Positions 1-11,611 of a stretch of DNA of 64,000 nt are shown here, piece by piece (position 1 is the first letter of the stretch; each line of letters opens with the position of its first letter). The stretch is from Podarcis muralis (lineage: Eukaryota): positions 22,010,001 to 22,074,000 of the forward strand of contig NC_135667.1 of assembly GCF_964188315.1 (NCBI RefSeq). Reading direction: 5' to 3'. Both the position numbers and the translations under genes were made by a program. The notes beneath the pieces were generated by a model that did no database searches, was not told the DNA's origin, and worked only from the letters and a program-made list of their open reading frames with translations.

Positions 1-190
1 TTTCATTTTATTAAAATGCAAAGAATAGTAATTTTGAAAGTCCTCTCCTGGAACAAAAAGTTGCAATCCCTGTTAATAGATAAAAAAATTAGAGCAAAAA
101 CTCTAAACTTTATTTTTTTAATTTCCAATTATTTTTGTCTGTGCTGTTCTATTTAGGTTGGTCATGTATTCTCTTAATTTTTCATTTATT

Positions 191-193
<3 letters not shown>

Positions 194-263
<70 letters not shown>
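194..263. repeat. Compound (CT)n(GT)n microsatellite, intron 5
   Basis: Direct; paralogous copies of different length at 12400-12465, 24831-24872, 37101-37144, 48105-48170. Confidence 0.97.
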
Positions 264-267
<4 letters not shown>

Positions 268-534
268 TTTGAAGCTTGATCATACATTTGGAAGTTATCT
301 TCTCTGATAAACTGTTACTAGTACTGCCCATTATCATATTTCCCTGACAGGGACTCTGAGGCAAATAATCACAGACACAAACCAGTTTCTTCTTCAGCAA
401 CTACCTACAGGCTTAATAAACATTTCAATCACATGCTAAACCTGGTATATAGTCGTTAATTCGTAGGCACATTCCTATGAATTCCAGCTAAAGCCATTCA
501 CTTGTAAACTGTACAGTTTGTGCAGAATACTCAC

Positions 535-661
535 CCTCCTGAGCCGAAATCTTCCCTTCTGGACATGGGATGCAATCATAACAGCAAAATGGCTCCCCAT
601 CTTTCACTCTTTTCCTAGTTCCGGGATGGCACCGCTCAGTACATAAGGAAAGAGGCTGAGA
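535..661 (-). CDS. Vmn2r: V2R gene 1 exon 5 (cysteine-rich domain)
   Basis: [42 protein letters not shown]; 127 nt; donor gtgagt. Confidence 0.92.
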
Positions 662-3600
662 CTAATCCAAACATGAGAACCCAGAATAGTAATTTTGAGA
701 ATTTTGAGATTAGAATATTTAAGGCAACTTTTAGGTGTTCTTAAGTGATGCTTTCTTTCAGTAATGTATCGCTAATTTTGCTAATCAACATGATAATTAT
801 AGTACAACAGACTGTTAAGAAATCATCTTTTGGAAAGGATGGAGCCTGGTTAATGGCGTAGATTCTGATTTCATGCATACACAAAACAGACAAGATATAG
901 AGTTTTGCTTTTTATACTTCCCCAAAACAACTTCTCAATTAATATAGATAGGAATATCTTTGCCACCCTTCCATCCATCCATCCATTGTAGTTTTTCTAT
1001 TTTCTAAAAAGTTACAAACCAGACCATTGAGGCTTACCTGGTTAAAATGGTTGGGCCAAGTTATGGCATCCCCATTGATGGTCAACTGTTGGTTGGGATC
1101 AACATTCCCAACCTTCACTCTATGAAATGATTGGTTTGAGGAAACAATCCAATTGATCACATCAAATCCAGCCACTAACTCTCCATTCTCATCAAAGGAA
1201 ATCTTGTCCCCACCACTGTTGTTAAAAGAGACACGTCTGAGAAAATTATGTAGCTGGTTTGAAGAGGAGAAGGGAAGAGTTGAGAAAAGGCTGCAGTTGG
1301 ATCGTTGATAGTAAAGTCATACCTTGTTTATGGTTTCTGAGTGAGAAAGTATTCATGATAAAGAAGCTCACTCTTTGTAATTCCAAAAAGGAGGAAGAAA
1401 TTCTAATAAATTGACTTTAAAGCACGTTAGGTTCTGAAGGTTTGGTTTCTATATTTTTCAGAGTGTTGAAACACGGTTAATGTTTCAATAGTCAATAAGG
1501 TTAACACCATTTTAGTCTGGGTTGACACAGTCTGAGCCAACTTCTGACAACAGAATGTATTCTTTTAAAAAAATAAATAAAAATGTGATTCAAAGGCCTA
1601 ACTCATTAATGTATATGCACCCACTTGGAAGGTAGCATTAAAAATACAACAACAAAAATAAGATGAACATATAGAAACCTATACCAAGGGTAGTAAATTT
1701 TAATAAAATGGTAATGAAGAGGGCAGGGAGAGTTCTTATAAACTGACTTTAAAGCATGTTTCTGAAGTTTCTGAAACTTCTGTTTCTATGTATTATTATT
1801 TTTAAATAAAATATGTGACTTCAAGGGGCATACATATTCATGTAGATCTACTCCCAGAAGGCCTGGTTCAGGCTCATTAAGAAGAAGAGTTTGGATTTGA
1901 TATCCCGCTTTATCACTACCCGAAGGAGTCTCAAAATGGCTAACATTCTCCTTTCCCTTCCTCCCCCATTACAAACACTCTGTGAGGTGAGTGGGGCTGA
2001 GAGACTTCAAAGAAGTGTGACTAGCCCAAGGTCACCCAGCAGCTGCATGTGGAGGAGCGGAGACACGGTTCACCAGTTTACGACTACACCACACTGTCTC
2101 TTAATTTAACAGAATTAATTAGATGCACCAAATTCATAACAGAATTTCTACCTAAAAATAAATGACACTAAAACTGCCATTAGCCCCAGTCAATATAGTA
2201 AGAGTTCTGGGATGATGGGAATTGTAGTCAAACAACATCTGGAGGGCATGACCAGTTGGGTGGACTTGGCGAGTTGAGAAAATCAAGCAGTAATTTGGAA
2301 ACCATCCAGAAGTTTAAGGGAGGGAAGGAAGAAGAGTTATTAAAGCGATATATGTTATATACCCCCTTCATGGATCACTGCCTTGCCGTGGCGAAGGGGC
2401 TTGAATAACTCAGAGAAGCTATGAACTATGCCGAGCAGGGCACCCAAGATGAACAGGTCATAGTGGAGAGTTTGGACCAAACGTGATCCACCTGGAGCAG
2501 GAACCGGCAAGCCACTCCAGTATCCCTGCCAAGAAAACTCCATGGACAAAGACAACAAGCATATAAAAGTTATGACGCTGGAAGATGAGCCCCTCAGGTC
2601 GGAAGGCGTCCAACATGCTACTGGGGAAGAGTGGAGGACAAGTACATGTATATCTAGAGCTGATGAAGCGGCTGGGCTAAAGCTGAAAGGACGCTCAGTT
2701 GCGGATATGCATGGAAGCGAAAGGAAAGTCCAATGCTGTAAAGAAAAATATTGCATAGGAACCTGGAATGTAAGAACCATGAACCAGGGTAAGTTGGATG
2801 TGGTAAAAAATGAGATGTCAAGAATAAATATTGACATCCTGGGCATTAATAGAAGAGAAGAAGAGTTTGGATTTGATATCCCGCCTTTCACTCCCTTTAA
2901 GGAGTCTCAAAGCGGCTAACATTCTCCTTTCCCTTCCTCCCCCACAACAAACACTCTGTGAGGTGAGTGGGGCTGAGAGACTTCAAGGAAGCATGACTGG
3001 CCCAAGGTCACCCAGCAGCTGCAAGTGGAGGAGCGGAGACGCGAACCCGGTTCCCCAGATTAGCAGACTACCGCTCTTAACCACTACACCACACTGGCTC
3101 TCAACTAAAATGGACTGGAATGGGCGAATTCAGTTCAGATGACTATCATATCTACCACTGTGGGCAAGAAACCCGTAAAAGAAATGGAGTGGCCCTCATA
3201 GTCAACAAAAGAGTGGCAAAAACTGCACTGGGATGCAATCTCAAAAATGATAAAATGATCTCAATATAAATCCAAGGCAGACCTTTTAACATCACAGTAA
3301 TCCAAGTTTATGCACCAACTATTGGTGCTGAAGAAACTGAAATTGACCAGTTGGAGAAGCTCTATACAGTCAGCAAAAACAAGACCTGGAGCTGACTGTG
3401 GCTCAGATCATCAGCTTCTTATAGCAAAATTCAAGCTTAAACTGAAGAAAGTAGGAAAAACCACTGGGCCGGTAAGATACAATCTAAACCAAATCCCTTA
3501 TGAATACACAGTGGAAGTGAGGAACAGGTTTAAGGATTTAGATTTGCTGGACAGAGTGCCTGAAGAACTATGGATGGAGGCTCGCAACATTATACAGGAT

Positions 3601-6600
3601 GCAGCAAAAAAACCATCCCAATGAAAAGGAAATGCAAGAAAGCAAAGTGGCTGTCCAACAAGGCCTTACAAATAGCGGGGGAGAGAAGGCAAGCAAAATG
3701 CAAGGGAGATAGTGAAAGATACAGGAAATTGAATGCAGATTTCCAAAAAATAGCAAGGAGAGACAAGAAGGCCTTCTTAAATGAGCAGTGCAAAGAAATA
3801 GAGGAAAACAACAGAATGGGAAGAACCAGAGATCTGTTCAAGAAAATTGGAGATATGAAAGGAACATTTCGTACAAAGATTACCATAATAAAGGACAAAA
3901 GTGGTAAGGACCTAACAGAAGCAGAAGACATCAAGAAGAGGTGGCAAGAATACACAGAGGAATTATACCAGACAGATATGGATGTCTTGTACACCCCAGG
4001 TAGTGTGGCTGCTGACCTTGAGCAAGACATCCTGGAGAGTGAAGTCAAATGGGCCTTAGAAGCACTGCAAATAACAAGGCCAGTGGAAGTGATGGTATTC
4101 CAGCTGAACTATTTAAAATTTTAAAAGATGATGCTGTTAAGGTGCTACACTCAATATGCCAGCAAGTTTGGAAAACTCAGCAGTGGCCAGAGGATTAGAG
4201 AAGATCAGTCTACATCCCAATCCCAAAGAAGGGCAGTGCCAAAGAATGCTCCAATTACCGCACAATTGCACTCATTTCACACGCTAGCAAGGTTATGCTT
4301 AAAATGCTACAAGGAAGGCTCAAGCAGTATGTGGGCCGAGAACTCCCAGAAGTGCAAGCTGGATTTAGAAGAGGCAGAGGAACCAGAGAGCAAATTGCAA
4401 ACATGCGCTGGATTATGGAGAAAGCTAGAGAGTTCCAGAAAGACATCTACTTCTGCTTCATTGACTATGCAAAAGCCTTTGACTGTGTCGACCACAGCAA
4501 ACTATGGCAAGTTCTTAAAGAAATGGGAGTGCCTGATCACCTCATCTGTCTCCTGAGAAATCTCTATGTGGGACAAGAAGCTACAGTTAGAACTGGATAT
4601 GGAACAACTGATTGGTTCAAAATTGGGAAAGGAGTACGACAAGGCTGTATTTTGTCTCCCTGCATATTTAACTTATATGCAGAATTCATCATGCGAAAGG
4701 CTGGGCTGGATGAATCCCTAGCCGGAATTAAGATTGTTGGAAGAAATATCAATGACCTCAGATATGCAGATGACACAACCTTGATGGCAGAAAGTGAGGA
4801 GGAATTAAAGAAACTTTTATTGAGGGTGAAAGAGGAGAGCGCAAAATATGGTCTGAAGCTCAACATCAAAAAAATGAAGATCATGGCCACTGGTCCCATC
4901 ACCTCCTGGCTAATAGAAGGGGAAGAAATGGAGGCAGTGAGGAATTTTACTTTCTTGGGCTCCATGATCATTGCAGATGGTGACAGCAGCTACGAAATTA
5001 AAAGACGCCTGCTTCTTGGGAGAAAAGCAATGACAAACCTAGACAGCATCTTAAAAAGCAGAGACATCACCTTGCCAACAAAGGTCCGTATAATAAAAGC
5101 TATGGTTTTCCCAGAAGTCATGTATGGAAGTGAAAGCTGGACCATAAAGAAGGCTGATCGCCGAAGAATTGATGCTTTTGAATTATGGTGCTGGAGGAGA
5201 CTTTTGAGCGTGCCATGGACTGCAAGAAGATCAAACCTATCCATTCTGAAGGAAATCAGCCCTGAGTGCTCACTGGAAGGACAGATCATGAAGCTGAGGC
5301 TCCAATACTTTGGCCACCTCATGAGAAGAGAAGAGTCCCTGGAAAAGACCCTGATGTTGGGAAAGATGGAGGGCACAAGAAGAAGGGGATGACAAAGGAC
5401 AAGATGGTTGGATAGTGTTTTTGAAGCTACCAGCATGAGTTTGTCCAAACTGCGGGGGGCAGTGGAAGACAGAAGTGCCTGGTGTGCTCTGGTCCATGGG
5501 GTCACGAAGAGTCGGACACAACTAAATGACTAAACAACAACAACATGTTATATACCTTAGGATGGGAAGGAATTAGGGACACATTGGGACACAAATTAAG
5601 GACTATTGTAGTACACTTATGGTGCTTTGCCTCTTGATAATGTTGAGCATGTTACCTGCCACAATTGTTGATTCGGGTACTTCCATCCACCTCTTCTTTC
5701 CATTACTTGATATTTGAATCTAGTTGACATGTAATGCAAAGCATGGGCTACAGCGCAGACAGCATTGTAGATGCTGTAGCTGTGGCCATTCATGCTCATC
5801 TCAAAGAATGGAGCAGGAAGGCTCTCTAGTTTCTCCTCCCCAGTACAAATATTCCCCATCACATCTTCCATATTTGGATCAGAGAATACACAGTCAAAGG
5901 CCTGTTGCCAGAAGTCTCTGATGAAACCATCTCCGTTTGTGCTTAAAGGATTTTGGCTCTCAACAAATGCTTTGAATGCTGGTATGTCATTGGAATGGAT
6001 TGTGAAGGACAGGACACCATGGAATATTTCTGTGTCCAAATTCTTTTGATAGAGCAGTGAAGTGAGCTCCATTGCAGCTGTTGTTATCCACACTATACCT
6101 TTTGGTAGACTTGGTGGATGTTCTGCAAAATATGGAATCCATCTCAAAATCATCATGGAATAAGAGTCACCATAAAACACAACCACACTGACTGTACTAT
6201 TCAGAAGTTCCTTATGTATTTTTAATCCATCTTCAAGAAATTCATCAAATTCAGTGGCAGACCTAAACATAGGGATTCTTTTTATAAAGTCAAAACAGAC
6301 ACCTCTCTGGGAAAATTTTGGCAAAACAGTTTGCAAAACCATTTCACCATTTTCATTATCCATTACTAGTACTCCAATCCATATCCATTTGAAATAAAGA
6401 AGCAAAGAGAGAATTCCTGTGTATTCAAGTGCTTGATGAGGAACCATCTGGTAGAAAGAAATTCCTGGGTTTCCATCTGTTTTCAATGGAGCAGAGCCAT
6501 ATAGGAGCTAAAGTGATTTTAGGGGAGAGAAAGAAAAGTTGTAAAAATAGAATGCATGTTGCATATTGAAGTTTTCAAAACCATTCATGGAAATTGGAAA

Positions 6601-8736
6601 CCACTGCTTTCACCTCTGCTGATGGAGGCCAACTATAGAATCTCATACAATTGTAGAGTTGGAAGCGACCCCAAGAGTCATTTAGTCCAAGCGCTTGCAA
6701 AGCAAGAATCTCTGCTAAGGCACCCAGGACAGATGGCCATCCATCAGAGCATGAATTGTCACAAATCCATTTCTAGGAAGAATGGAATATATCAATTATA
6801 GAGGATTGGGGACCCCCCCCAAGCATATATTTTCAAGTTTGGGGGCATAAGGAAGCAAGAAAATTGCAAAAAAAACACAAAACCCAACAACCCCCCCCCT
6901 TGCTCCAATTTCCATTGATGAATGGATTTTGTCAGTGAATTCCACCCATACATTATATTAGCAGCCCTTAGAAATACAATGTCAGGTAACTGAATTTGAC
7001 TATTCCAATGCTCAAGTTAGGGATTCAAGGCTGAAAGAATATACACTGATAAATAGCCATCAAATGGATTTATGACTGAGAGGAAATGCACTGACTTTGC
7101 ATCTATAATTGCTGGATTACAGCAACACTCTCAGAGCAAAATTCTTATTGCCCAGTTAGGCACATTATTTGACCAGTGACAGCAGCGAAATAAGGAAATA
7201 TGAAACAAACCCCAACCAGATGCCAATCAGGTTGAGAAAGGAAAAAAAATCATTTCCAGCCATGTCAACTAACAACCCAAAATAGCACATTTAAACTCCT
7301 GAAATAAACTCAGTAACACAAAGAAACAGCAGCATTCACACCATCTTAAAAACCATATCAGAAACAGGATCCTAAAACTCAGTTTGCATGTAAGATTCAT
7401 AAAAAGGAAGTCTCAGTATTTTTAAGGCCCACATTAATGTCTTGAAATAATAGTATAGGAAATGTGGAGGGTCACATAGAGGGAGGGAGGGAAAGAGAAA
7501 GCAGAGTTGACCTACCTGTGGAACCTTATAGTTTTTCAAGAGCGTCGCCACATTCATGGAAATTGGGGCATCCACTCCCCCAATGACTGCTATTAGATTT
7601 TTCTGTTGTTCACATATGTAGTTAGGGATAAATGTGTCCTCTGTGTATAAAAGTAGCATTGTAGCATGATAAGTCCTCCTTGCATTGCAATAGCTGTCAT
7701 AGATGTGGAAGCCCAAAGTGAGATTGGGTAAGAGGTGAGGGTTTTCATTGATCTCTTTGACTGTGAATGCCAAAGCCAAGATGTGCTGGTAATGCTTAGG
7801 GACTATGCTGAAAGAAGTGTGAGATTCTTTTTCAGAAGGATATTCCATACTTAGTTTAGTTATTACCAATGTGTTCTGTGCCTCTTTTATTAACAATCAA
7901 TTATAACAGTATTTATACATAAGTTGGATATAAATATAAAAAAATTAACTAAGTATAATGTATAATATATGTATAACTATAAATATAAAAAAATTAACTA
8001 TGGATCAACCATGCTCAGTTGGCATTAAGTCCCCAACCCCAGTTCAGTTGAATATACTGTATATCAGCATAACTTGGTAATCTCAACCAAGCTGGCTGTG
8101 ATGAAGCTGGTTGAGCCAAGCTGGTCTAAGACTGAAAAAGGGAGCATTCCAGGAGCAAGGCAGAGGTGGAATCAGAGAGCGGAGACTTTGTTAGATCCTA
8201 AGCATGTCCAGCTTGGTCATGTGACCTGGTAACCTGGCATAGTACATATTTTAAAAGCAGGTTTTCCCTAAGCCAGGCATGGACAGAATATCAGCAGGAG
8301 CCCTGCTGCCGAACAGGGTTTAGATCTGGAGTAACTTTATGCCGCATTAATTTGCTGTATCTTAATTCCCACTAGCTTTTGGTGGATAGGATTTCTCCCT
8401 ATATTTTTTGTTCTTTAGCTGCAGCTCTAGCACAAATTATCTAAGTGGCAGTTTTTATTGAATAAAATAAATTAATACAATATTTGGAAAGAAAATCAAA
8501 CAATCATTTCGGCCTTACACAAATAGATCTGTCAATGTTGGCAGGGGTTCTTCCCTGAAGGCTAATTCACTGACGACGGCACCAGCGTGATAAGCAATTC
8601 CACCAATTATGAAGTCTCCTAATTGATGATATTTGTGAAGTGGAGGCTGTGGGTAATAGATACTGCACTGAACAGTGTGAGTCTGGCATCCCATGGGAGG
8701 AAGCAGAGGCAGCAGCAAAATGACTACAACCACCAT
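535..8736 (-). CDS. Vmn2r: V2R gene 1, exons 1-5 (exon 6 off-window left)
   Basis: Exons 8736-8519, 7807-7516, 6507-5656, 1253-1038, 661-535, all with GT-AG and compatible phases. V2R motifs [51 protein letters not shown]. Symbol is family-level only. Confidence 0.93.
1038..1253 (-). CDS. Vmn2r: V2R gene 1 exon 4
   Basis: [24 protein letters not shown]...WPNHFNQ; 216 nt. Confidence 0.92.
1881..2100 (-). mobile_element. tRNA-derived SINE (Squam3-like), gene 1 intron 3
   Basis: Same family as 2849-3102, more decayed; site is empty in genes 4 and 5. Confidence 0.8.
2849..3102 (-). mobile_element. tRNA-derived SINE (Squam3-like) nested in BovB
   Basis: Minus strand begins gagagccagtgtggtgtagtggttaagagc (A box) ...ggttcgcgtc (B box); (TTC)n tail; interrupts BovB ILGI/ELKWTG. 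Confidence 0.85.
4295..5392 (+). pseudogene. BovB reverse transcriptase reading-frame remnant
   Basis: 365-aa open stretch with [28 protein letters not shown]; upstream frame broken. Confidence 0.9.
5656..6507 (-). CDS. Vmn2r: V2R gene 1 exon 3
   Basis: [12 protein letters not shown]...QQLWQ; 852 nt, open; one codon shorter than genes 2-5. Confidence 0.93.
6636..6760 (-). mobile_element. Old CR1 3'-end fragment in intron 2 (also about 41107-41230 and 52993-53110)
   Basis: atagaatctcatagaattgtagagttggaagggacccc..gtcat..agtcc resembles reverse-complemented CR1 tails. Confidence 0.5.
7516..7807 (-). CDS. Vmn2r: V2R gene 1 exon 2
   Basis: [14 protein letters not shown]...KVPQ; 292 nt; tttcag acceptor, gtaggt donor. 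Confidence 0.92.
8519..8736 (-). CDS. Vmn2r: V2R gene 1 exon 1 (signal peptide, start of Venus flytrap domain)
   Basis: [20 protein letters not shown]...GDFIIGG; 218 nt; donor gtaagg. Confidence 0.88.
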
Positions 8737-8829
8737 CCTCGGTACAGAAGTCTGAAACCTGGAATATCCAAGAACAGATCTGTGAACCCCTGTCTGTTCC
8801 CAGTGCCACTCCATATCTCTGAATTGCAC

Positions 8830-8975
8830 TGGATATATTTATGACAGCATTCACACTCTTTGTTCTCTGTTATGCTAACAGCCAAGGAAGTTCCCAGGGG
8901 TTTGGCTGAACATCATAATTAATGACCGACCTTCTGACTAACTAATTGTGTAGTTAATTATTACATTAACAACAA
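8830..8975 (-). promoter_or_regulatory. Candidate V2R proximal promoter (TATA-like CATAAATAT, EBF/O-E-like TTCCCAGGGG, TAAT-core homeodomain sites)
   Basis: About 100-240 nt upstream of the ATG; block conserved in front of genes 1-5; TSS unknown. Confidence 0.35.
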
Positions 8976-10127
8976 TTCCGAAATGGAGGATGTGGAGTCC
9001 TTTAGGAATTAAGAAAAGTTGTTTGTCACATATTTTGGAAAGAAGATTTCCCTCACTCTTTAGTTAGTTAGGAAGGCATGGTGAAGTTTGGAATGACCCG
9101 CAGTATGAAGAGAACACTGGATTCAAATCTTTGTGATAGGGGTTAGCAACAAGGTATCATGCCTGCATCTCCTTCCTACTGCACCATGAGCAGTCTCAAT
9201 AAATGCTCCCTTGTAAATCCACATTAAACAAGAGAATGTTGCTCAGGATATAAGGGGGGCACTTTAGAGGTATTAACTGCCTCAAAGCACCCCTTTTACA
9301 AGAGAGTTATGAGTTTGAATACCAACTGTGAAATGCTTAGTAATATTGACGTGTGATCCATCAAGCTATAGGCACTGACAGACTCCATATGTATTCTGGC
9401 CTGTCTGCCTGCTGTTACCTGCTGACACCTGCTGTCACTTGCTGAACGAAGGACAACTAGGAGAGAGTCCATCTAAATTCACTATGGAGGAAGTTCCCAA
9501 GTCTTTATGTAGCCACTGAGAAGGCCATTTCCTGCTTCACTACCAAGTGAACCTGTGAGGGTGGCAAGAACTAGAAAAGGACTTCCCCCAAAGATCTCGA
9601 CACCTGGGCTATTGAGGCCATCGACAGTGCACATATGGAGGCAAATAATGTGAATAAAAGGTGACTCTTTCAAATAAAAACTCTTCAGTGCAAAAACATG
9701 GTTCAAAAGATTTACTACACAACTTTACTCTGAAGCAACGGGAAACAAATAAAGTTACATTCAGATAGTTGAATAATGTCTTATACTTGTCCAAGCATAG
9801 CACACTTGGATTCCAAATATATATATATTCAAGTGCTAAAATTCCAAGCTTTGTCTTTCCTCCATTCCAGTCTCCATTAAACTGAGGTTCTTTTCTTGGA
9901 GAGAGATAAGCATATGCATAGACTTGTAATACTAGACCTTCCATGTGATTCTAAGCTAAACACCTTGTGATGGACCCAGATGAGATTTAGCCCCACTTAA
10001 TCATAAACTGCTAGACTCTTTTCTCAACTCTTCTTTAGCTTCAATAGAAGTTTCCATGCTATGCATCACAATCTAAATACCAACACATTACAGATTTATT
10101 TTCGATTTCAGTGTACAATTCAACAAT

Positions 10128-10133
10128 TTTATT
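10128..10133 (-). terminator. Candidate poly(A) signal for gene 2 (X-type 3' UTR signal)
   Basis: First minus-strand AATAAA after the stop at 10710; the paralogous hexamer lies about 120 nt behind the X-type stops. Confidence 0.45.
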
Positions 10134-10170
10134 TAACACAGAAGCTCGCAATATATAAAAGGAAAGAAGA

Positions 10171-10444
10171 ATACCCTATTTCTGGAGGGGCATGTGATGG
10201 CCACACCTTCCTTCCCACACATTTCTATAAACCTATGCCTAACCACCAAACCTTACAAAGTTGTGACGATTGCTAACGGGGTAGGTGAAAACCAAGTGGC
10301 TAAAGCCAATCTGCCAAATGGAAAAATTCCTACCCAGCCCCTGCTCCAAAGCAGGCGACCCAATCCAAAGCAAGGCCCAAACAGTAGCACCTAAAATTGG
10401 GAGGGAGGGTGTTCAGCAGCGCGAAGCAAGTGCCCCACCCCCAT
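10171..10444 (-). mobile_element. Doubly truncated remnant of element A
   Basis: Matches 22599-22876. Confidence 0.6.
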
Positions 10445-10709
10445 CCTAAGGGGTCCAAAAGGGCTACAGGAAAGAAAGTAATGTAACCCCCAAGTAAATG
10501 GGGAGTTGCCTGAACAATAAATGCAGGGGCAGGATACATATATTCCCCCTCCTTTTTTGGCTGCAAAATCTTAATTAAATCCTCCAAATAAAATTTAAAT
10601 GTTCAGAGAATGTGGGGGGCTATGGGAAAATTTATATAGTTCAACATTTTTTATAAATAAAAAACTAACAAGCAAGCAAAATAAAGTACATTGAAGGCAC
10701 TCAGATTCC

Positions 10710-11611
10710 TTAGGTCTTATTTCTTATTAGATGTTCCCTGTTATTTAGTTCAGGCCGCAACACAATAATATAGCATTTGGGGGCAAAGATGAATCCCAGG
10801 AGACCAGCACCAGAGGCTAAGATAGAAAAGATCTCCACTGCAACCATGTATTTCCCCCTGGTACTGAGGTAGGAGGGAATAAAGGACAGCCAAACACTGC
10901 AAAAGAGCAACATGCTGAAAGTGATGAACTTGGCTTCATTGAAACTGTCAGGTAACTTCCGGGCAAGGAAAGCCACAGTGAAGCTGACAAGAGCCAGGAA
11001 GCCCATGTAGCCCAGGACACAGTAAAACATAGTCACGGATCCCTCATTGCATTCCAGTACAATTTCTTGAAGCATTGAGTTCATGTCAACATCTGGGAAT
11101 GGGGGTGAGGATGCTAACCACACAGTACAGATGCCTCCTTGAATAAAAGAACAGGAAACCACAATGGCAATAGACAGTCTCTTCCCCACCCACTTCCTCA
11201 TCTTGGATCCTGGCTTGGTGGCCATAAAAGCTAAAACCACTGTCATGGTTTTTGCCAACACGCAAGAAACAGCCACTGAAAAGATGGTGCCAAAAGCAGT
11301 TTGTCGGAAGAGGCATGTCACCTTCTCAGGCTTTCCCATGAATAGCAATGCACAAAGGAAGCAGAAGAGAAGGGCAATGAGGAGAGTGTAGGTGAGGTCC
11401 CGATTGTTGGCTTTGACAATGGGTGTGTGGTGGTGCTTCAAAAATGTTCCCAGAACCAAAGCTGTGATGAAGGAAAAAGCAAAAGCACTGCAGGCTAAAC
11501 TGATGCCCAGAGGTTCGTCATAGGATAAAAAGGTTATTTCCTTGGGAATACACATATCCTGATTACTATTTGGATATTTTTCTTCTGAGCATATATTACA
11601 CTCATTCATGT
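10710..11611 (-). CDS. Vmn2r: V2R gene 2 exon 6 (end of CRD plus 7TM, Y type)
   Basis: ORF 10710..11609 with [34 protein letters not shown] class C 7TM motifs; ttttcag acceptor. Confidence 0.95.

Larger units (their letters stand above)
2364..5544 (+). mobile_element. Near full-length RTE-BovB LINE in gene 1 intron 3
   Basis: 12-bp TSD atgttatatacc (2352-2363 / 5545-5556); (CAA)n tail; APE endonuclease IGTWNVRTMNQGKL; RT with QGCILSP and YADD; frameshifts, an internal deletion near 3350 and a nested SINE. Confidence 0.95.

Noticed and set aside
182-400. 72-aa ORF with THTHTH/ERERER runs (also 12284..12517, 48017..48238)
   Set aside because: Translation of the (CT)n(GT)n microsatellite.
2170-2270. 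Short gatgggaattgtagtc..aacatctggaggg repeat in intron 3 of all copies
   Set aside because: Looks like a decayed common lizard DNA-transposon end, but I cannot define termini or family, so it is not listed as a feature.
2355-5521. Several 130-180 aa minus-strand ORFs over the BovB copies
   Set aside because: Antisense shadows of the LINE reading frame.
5724-6049. Recurrent short plus-strand ORFs over exons 1, 3 and 6
   Set aside because: Antisense frames of V2R exons, repeated with the genes.
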